Source: Leucoraja erinacea (lineage: Eukaryota). Taken from it: a DNA stretch of 64,000 bases. The translations under genes were made by a program, and so were the position numbers. Below, in pieces: positions 58,106 to 64,000 of the stretch. Where the stretch lies: positions 32,984,001 to 33,048,000 of the forward strand of contig NC_073389.1 of assembly GCF_028641065.1 (NCBI RefSeq), in the 5' to 3' direction. Positions within the stretch are counted from its first letter, which is position 1. Every line of letters starts with the position of its first letter. Under the pieces are notes generated by a model. It did not search any database and was not told the origin of the DNA. It saw nothing but the letters and a program-made list of their open reading frames with translations.

Positions 58106-58984
58106 GTGAGAGCGGGGGATAGACCGATCCAGGCGCTGGTATCGGTGGCCTGAGCGGCAAAACAGGAAGCCGGGGCTTAGTCGCCACCAACAAGTAGCTT
58201 TTATGTCAGCGGCCCGAGTCGCTGTGGCTAACTCGCCGCATTGTGTGGATGTCCTGGCTAGAGCGGCTCGGCGTGATTACGGCGACCGCTATTGATTGGT
58301 TTCCGTTTTGGTGCTGTCACCAACTCAAACAACGCTATGCTGTCCCTACTTTTTTTTGTTTAGAGGGTGTATGTATTTTCAGCCTTTATATTACCACGGC
58401 TGTTATAAAGCACTTTTTAAACACCATTAAATACTTAATTGAAAATTTGAAAAAGCATTGTTGATCCAACATTTTGCATCGGCACAGTTTATTGTTGTTT
58501 ATGTCGGAACATTATCCAAGTCCATTAGTTGTTTTTTTGCAAAATGTGCCAAGAGGAGTGAAAGGTGGTGACCTTGCACTGTCGCCTTCCATCATAGTTC
58601 CCATGTTTGGGTCGCTCCTTGCGCTTACTGCTGTATCTTTGAGATGGACTGGCCTGTCGAATACTAACCACAAAAGTGTGAATTGCTTTGAAATCTCCAC
58701 CTGGTCTTATCTCTAGTACATGCAATTAGTTTAATTATCTTAAATGTGCTAATCAGATAGATTTATAGCCTAATATGGCACTCGTCAACGTCAGTCTTCT
58801 AAATGCTTAGTTTCCCTTGTGGAAATAATAGAAATATTTTACAGCTGTTGAGGTACCAGGAAAGTGCCTGCCAGTTTTCACTCGTACACCAGCAAATAGA
58901 AATGTGAAATAACCAACTAATTTGTTTTCATTATATTGGGTGAACAGCACATATTCCCCAAGACATATTTCCCTGCTGGTATAT

Positions 58985-59870
58985 GAGTCATTGAGTGATA
59001 CAGCGTGGAAACAGGTTCTTCAGCCCAACTTTCCCACACCGGTAAACAAAGTCCCAGCTACACTAATCCCACTTACCTGCGCTTGGTCCATATCCCTCCA
59101 AACCTGTCCTATCCATGTACCTGTCTTAACTGTCTCTTAAACGATGGGATAGTCCCAGCCTCTACTACATCCTCCGACAGCTTGTTCCATACACCAACCA
59201 CCATTTGTGTGGAAAAAGTTGCCCCTCGGATTACTATTAAATATTTACCCCTTCACCTTGAACCTATGTCCTCTGAGGCACAGCTACCTAGATTTACAGT
59301 TAAAAAAAAAGATAGAAACTAAGGTAAATTAAAGAGGAAGCTGAAGGTGCCAATCCAGCGGAAGTGAACAGCGGACATTTGCCATGGAGATTTAAAGGTC
59401 CAAAATATCGGGAATTATCGCGTTTGCTCGCTGAATTTCATCAAAAGTAAGGCATTATTGATAGTTTCTATCTTTTTTTTTTACTGTAAATCTAGGTAGC
59501 TGTGCCTCACGGTCACCCAGACTGGCACAATGAATTGCAGATCAAAACCTGGCCGTTTTCTATGTTTTTAACGGGTGGAAAAGTGCGTGTTTTCCCATCC
59601 ACTAACATGTACCGGATGTCTAGCATGTCCTCCACTTGAGATTTTCGGTCACGTGGGTGCGGATCTACGCTCCAGTGACCTTTCGTGAAATCACCCTATA
59701 AGCTCACACCCTCTAGTCCTGGCAACATCCTCCTAAATCTTTTCTGAACCCTTTCAAGCTTGATAATATCTTTCCTATAACATGGTGCCCAGAACTGAAC
59801 ACAATATCCTAAATGTGGGCTCACAAACGTATAACTGCAACATGACCTCCCAACTTCTATACTCTTATTG
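58985..59870 (-). mobile_element. CR1 3' fragments interrupted by a TATA-target element (59275-59696)
   Basis: Minus ORF with [26 protein letters not shown]; nested element ends gaaatcaccc|tata and has short internal inverted arms. Confidence 0.75.
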
Positions 59871-60232
59871 TCTTTTATGCTTTCTGACCAGGCAGCCACA
59901 TGAGGTTAACAGGGCAAAGACTGCAGCATTCCTTTGGTGCTGTACTGGAGTTTTGGCCTACTCGTGTATATTTTAGTTCGCTGAGCATTTCTCACTGTTC
60001 CTGTAAATGCTTGCACAATCAACGCAAGATTTCAGCCCTGCTCTATTCTTTATGCATGTCATTTCTGAGCAATAAAGCCCAAGAGTGTGTGTGCACAATA
60101 ATGATCAACCATCTTATTGAATTGTTTACATGTAAACATGTAAATCTCTAATAACTTTCTCAACCATGCTCAAAAACCATTCTCCTCGCATTCAGCAATA
60201 CATAGAACAGTAGAGCACACAAACAGATCCAC

Positions 60233-60460
60233 AGATAGATACAAACAGCTGGAGTAACTCAGTCGGTCATACAGCATCTCTGGAGAAAAGGGTGACGTTT
60301 CGGCTTGGAACCATTCTTCAGACCTCGTCAATCTGATGAGGGGCCTCGACCTGAAATGTCACCTATTTGTTTTCTCCAGAGATGCTGTCTTACCTGCAGA
60401 GGTTCTCCAGATGTTTGTGCATCTTCGGTTTAAACCAGCATCTGCAGTTCCTTCCTACAC
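60233..60460. mobile_element. Penelope-derived inverted-pair element
   Basis: Inverted arms; plus-strand core ctgatgagggcctcgacctgaaatgtc at 60333-60360. Confidence 0.75.
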
Positions 60461-60896
60461 AACAGGTCCACAGTGTCTGTGCCAAACATGATGCTTTTCT
60501 CATCTGCCGGCAAATGATCCATATACCTCATTCCCTGTACATCCATGTACCCATCTAAATATGACATTATGATTCAATTTCTATCTTGATCAGGCTGAAA
60601 TTGAAAGTTTATAAGGATGATTTCCAATTTGATCATGTGGGAAACGTAAAATCACACATTCCACTGTTCTCCATAAACATAATCTACAACCATTTATTAT
60701 TTCCTTCCACCATCTTATGATCACAATTGTTAGTAATATGAGCACAGTAACAGTGGGCCACCCGTACGCTCAAGTCTACCCTGTCATCCAATGTGGTCAG
60801 AACTGATCTGCACCAGATCTTGTTTTTTTTTGTTTCAGCACCCCATAACTCTTGGATGCCCTGATCTTTCAAAAAAAAAAAAATTATCTTTAAAGT

Positions 60897-60924
60897 CTGA
60901 AGAAGGGTCTCGACCCGAAACGTC
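60897..60924 (+). ncRNA. Minimal hammerhead ribozyme core in a Penelope-derived element (60893-61020)
   Basis: gu-CUGAAGA-A-GGGU(CUCG)ACCC-GAAA-CG-UC-ac; all core nucleotides present, predicted cleavage after C60924. Confidence 0.65.
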
Positions 60925-61604
60925 ACCTATTCCTTCGCTCCATAGATGCTGCCTCACCCGTTGAGTTTCTCCAGCATTTTTATCTACCTTCGATTTTTCC
61001 AGCATCTGCAGTTCTTCACAAAAGCAGTTATGTTGAGTATTTGGCCTGAATACTGATTTAAAGAAACAGGGCCCAAATGGAATGAAAGTCATGCTGTTAA
61101 GGATTGGAGCAGATGCAGAGATTATGTGGCTTAGAAAGGCAAGACACATTGCTAGAAAAAGCAACAATGTGTAATTTAATATGGTGGGCTGGGAAGGAGT
61201 GGTAGTTATCAACATGACTTATCAAAAAGACAAGTGTTGGCATTTCGATGTGAGAAATTACTGAAGTAGACATAGAAATAATATGTCGGAAATAATAAAT
61301 GTATTAATCACCATTGGTGCCTATTTTTTTGTTGACATGTTGTAAGGTGTTTTGATAAGTTAATCTTGTTACATGGATTAATGTTACTTTTTACAGGTTT
61401 TCTACTTTGAATCTTTGTATAATAGGATTTGTAAAGTAATTATTTACTTATGTTAATTTTCATTCTGTTTTAGTAAGCACTTACCATTTGTAAAAATTAG
61501 CTACTTTAATAACAGATTGAGTTGAGGATTTATTTTAATTAATTGTTCAGGATATGTGTGTCGCTGGCATCTCTAAATGCGTCATATCCAATTGCATTTG
61601 AGTT

Positions 61605-61915
61605 TGTTTAGTTGAGTTTGAGTTTAGTTTATTGTCATGTGTACCAAGGTACAGTGAAAAGCTTTTGCTGTGTGCTAACCAGTCAGCAGAAAGCCAATAT
61701 GTGATTACACTTGAGCCATCCACAGTGTACAAATACATGATTAAGAGAATAACTTGAATAAGTTTAGTGTAAGGTAAAGCCACTAAAATCCGATCAAAGA
61801 TAGTCCGAAGGTCTCCAATGAGGTAAATAGTAGTTCAGTTCTGCTCTCTAGTTGTGGTTGGCTGGTTCAGTTGCCTGATAACAGCTGGGAAGAAACTACC
61901 TGAATCTGGAGGTAG
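61605..61915 (-). mobile_element. Rex1-type LINE 3' end fragment
   Basis: (gagttt)n tail then tttattgtca; minus strand encodes DSG.FFPAVIRQLN. Confidence 0.65.
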
Positions 61916-61974
61916 GCTGGAGCACATACGGACGCACGCAGTGTCACAAATAAGATGAGAGTTTTTGTAATATA

Positions 61975-63390
61975 CTAGACTAAGTGGGACCCAATGGGTC
62001 CCAGTCACACAGTGGGTCTGGTCCCTGTTGAATAGCAGTGTGGCCAACTATTTGAGCAAATTCATTCCGGACTTCATTGAAATATCAGCCCCATTGCGCC
62101 AGCTTACACACAAAGACTCTGCTTGGATTTGACACGAGCAACAACAGACAACATTCGACACTCTTAAATGGCAGATGTCTGGTACTCCTACTCTGGCTTA
62201 CTTTGACCCTAATCGTCCGATTACACTTACTTGTGATGCCTCACAACACGGGCTGGGCGCTGCATGCCTTCAGAATGATAGCAATGGCAATAAGCCTGTT
62301 GCCTATGCCTCGCGCACCATGACTGAAACAGAACGACGATATGCCCGAATTGAAAAAGAACTGTTACCGGTTGTTTTTGCCTGCAAGAAATTCAAGGATT
62401 TCATCTTTGGCCACACTGTCACAATTGAAACTGACCACCAACCTCTGACCATCAATCTCTGATTTTATTGTGATGACTGTGTCCTTTATCCCTTCGTCCT
62501 GTATGGAGGACCTGGTTGCCCACACTGCTACTGACAGTACCTTAAGGTCTCTAACCTCCGTCATTAAGCGCGGCTGGCCAGACAAACACTATAGCGTTCC
62601 GCTGGCAGTCCGGCCCTTCTTTGCTGTCCGAGATGAGCTAGTGGTGCAAGACGGCATTATTTTAAAAGGACACAAGGCCGTGGTTCCTGCTTCGCTGCAC
62701 CACCGGTATTTTAACGCTGATCAGGCAGGGCACCCAGGTGCTGAGGCCATTGTTTTACGGGCAAGAAGCATGTTTGTCACCAACAAAAGCAACCACTTCT
62801 TTCACATCCTGTACTAGCGCTCCCATGGTCTACAATCGCAGCTGATGTATTTGATTGGCATGGCAAACAATACCTGGTGCTCGTGGATTCTTATTCAGGA
62901 TGGTTTGACATTGATTTTCTCAGCAACCCCACTTCCAGCGAAGTGATTTCAAAGTTATTTCATCACTTTTCTGTCCACGGATCTCCACTCCACCATTAGC
63001 TTTTGGTCTCATGCAGCAGATCCCGGTCCAACTCCGGCTTCTGGTTCAACTCAGCGGCTTCTGGCTGGTCGTGCTGGGCGCCGCAGAAGCAGCAGGTGAG
63101 CCACTGACTCCCCGCAAACTGCTCAACACACTGCGCCCCTTCAGCTTTTTACTCACATCGCCGTGTTATTGACAGCGGGTTCCGGAAGGGGCGGATTTTA
63201 CGATTTTTAAACCTTCATAACTTTTGTACTATTTCACCGATCGGAACAAAACCTATTTGACTTGCAACAGAGGAGAATGGTGGTGAAAAATCGTAGCGCT
63301 ATAGGGGAAACATTTTTGCGCAAAGTTAATTATAACGCAGACCAAGATGATGGCCAAGATGAGAGTTTTAGTAATAGTGTAGAAGATAGA
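61975..63390 (-). mobile_element. Non-autonomous Helitron containing a Gypsy pol fragment
   Basis: Minus strand: A|TC...TATTACTAAAACTCTC 5' end at 63390, tgggaccca/tgggtccca hairpin 61985-62003, CTAG|T 3' end at 61975. Confidence 0.75.
62035..62995 (+). pseudogene. Ty3/Gypsy pol fragment (RT connection, RNase H, integrase pieces) with internal deletions
   Basis: LTCDASQHGLGA, PVAYASR, YARIEKELL, IETDHQPL, GHPG and LVLVDSYSGW motifs. Confidence 0.9.
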
Positions 63391-63392
63391 TA

Positions 63393-64000
63393 CTAGACCA
63401 AATGGGACCCGTTGGGTCCCTGTCACATGGGAGTTCTGGACCCCAACGCAACCCGTTCCCCCAACGCAATATTCCAACACTCCCCCATAGCCCCCAAGGG
63501 AGGCCTGGTCCCCCAACGCAACCCGTTCCCCAAGGCAATATTCCACCAATAGCCCCCAACTGCGCAATGGCTGCTCATTTCGCCTTACCCTCCCTCATTT
63601 TGAAACTTAAAAAAAAATGCATTTACACTTGCTAGGGCTAGGGTTTGTAAATTTTTAAATGTCAATAACTTGTGAAATAGAACATCAATCTCAACGAACC
63701 TTGACACAAACCACCACAGGACAATTGAGAGTAAAGTGGTTCAAAGAATTTAGCGCTATTGTGCAGTCCACCTATTCCCCACTCCCTATCACCCCCACTC
63801 CTCTCCCTCTTTTCCCACACTCTCCCTCCTCACCTCCCCATTCCCCCTCTCCCTCCCTACTCCTTCAATCCCCCCACTTCCCCTCTTCACCTCCCCAGGA
63901 TCTTGCCTGTCCTCCGGATCTGCAGAACTTGCTCGTTCACAGAGAGGAACACAGAACAGGGAGGTCAGAGAGCCAAATGCCAGCGCGCAGGGGGGGGGGG
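63393..64000 (-). mobile_element. Helitron 3' portion running off the window
   Basis: gggaccc-gtt-gggtccc hairpin 63404-63420 and CTAG at 63393-63396. Confidence 0.7.

Noticed and set aside
60594-61440. Acceptor-like sites at about 60594 and 61397 as RB1 exon 2
   Set aside because: The translations do not resemble RB1 exon 2 and run into stops; exon 2 probably lies beyond the window.

Overview
Eukaryotic (vertebrate) genomic DNA, most likely an elasmobranch such as a skate or ray, inferred from HE1/V-SINE-like, CR1 and Penelope repeats. It holds the conserved gene block MED4 (minus strand, 7 coding exons, 252 aa), ITM2B (plus strand, 6 coding exons, 260 aa) and a probable first exon of RB1 with an RB1-type ETS/ATF/E2F promoter. 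Most of the rest is transposon-derived: CR1, L2 and Rex1 LINEs, V-SINEs, Helitrons, several DNA-transposon MITEs, solo LTRs and a Gypsy pol fragment. The most notable signal is a high-copy (about 15 or more copies) Penelope-derived short element carrying a minimal hammerhead-ribozyme core (CUGAAGA-stem II-GAAACGUH), often as inverted pairs, one of them a 189-bp palindrome just upstream of the RB1 promoter. Other highlights are a Helitron that appears to have captured Gypsy pol sequence, a 733-bp palindromic TATA-target element nested in a P-like transposon, a near-intact CR1 broken by one extra A, and a teleost-like L2. All calls were made by eye; family names for repeats are provisional and many repeat boundaries are approximate.
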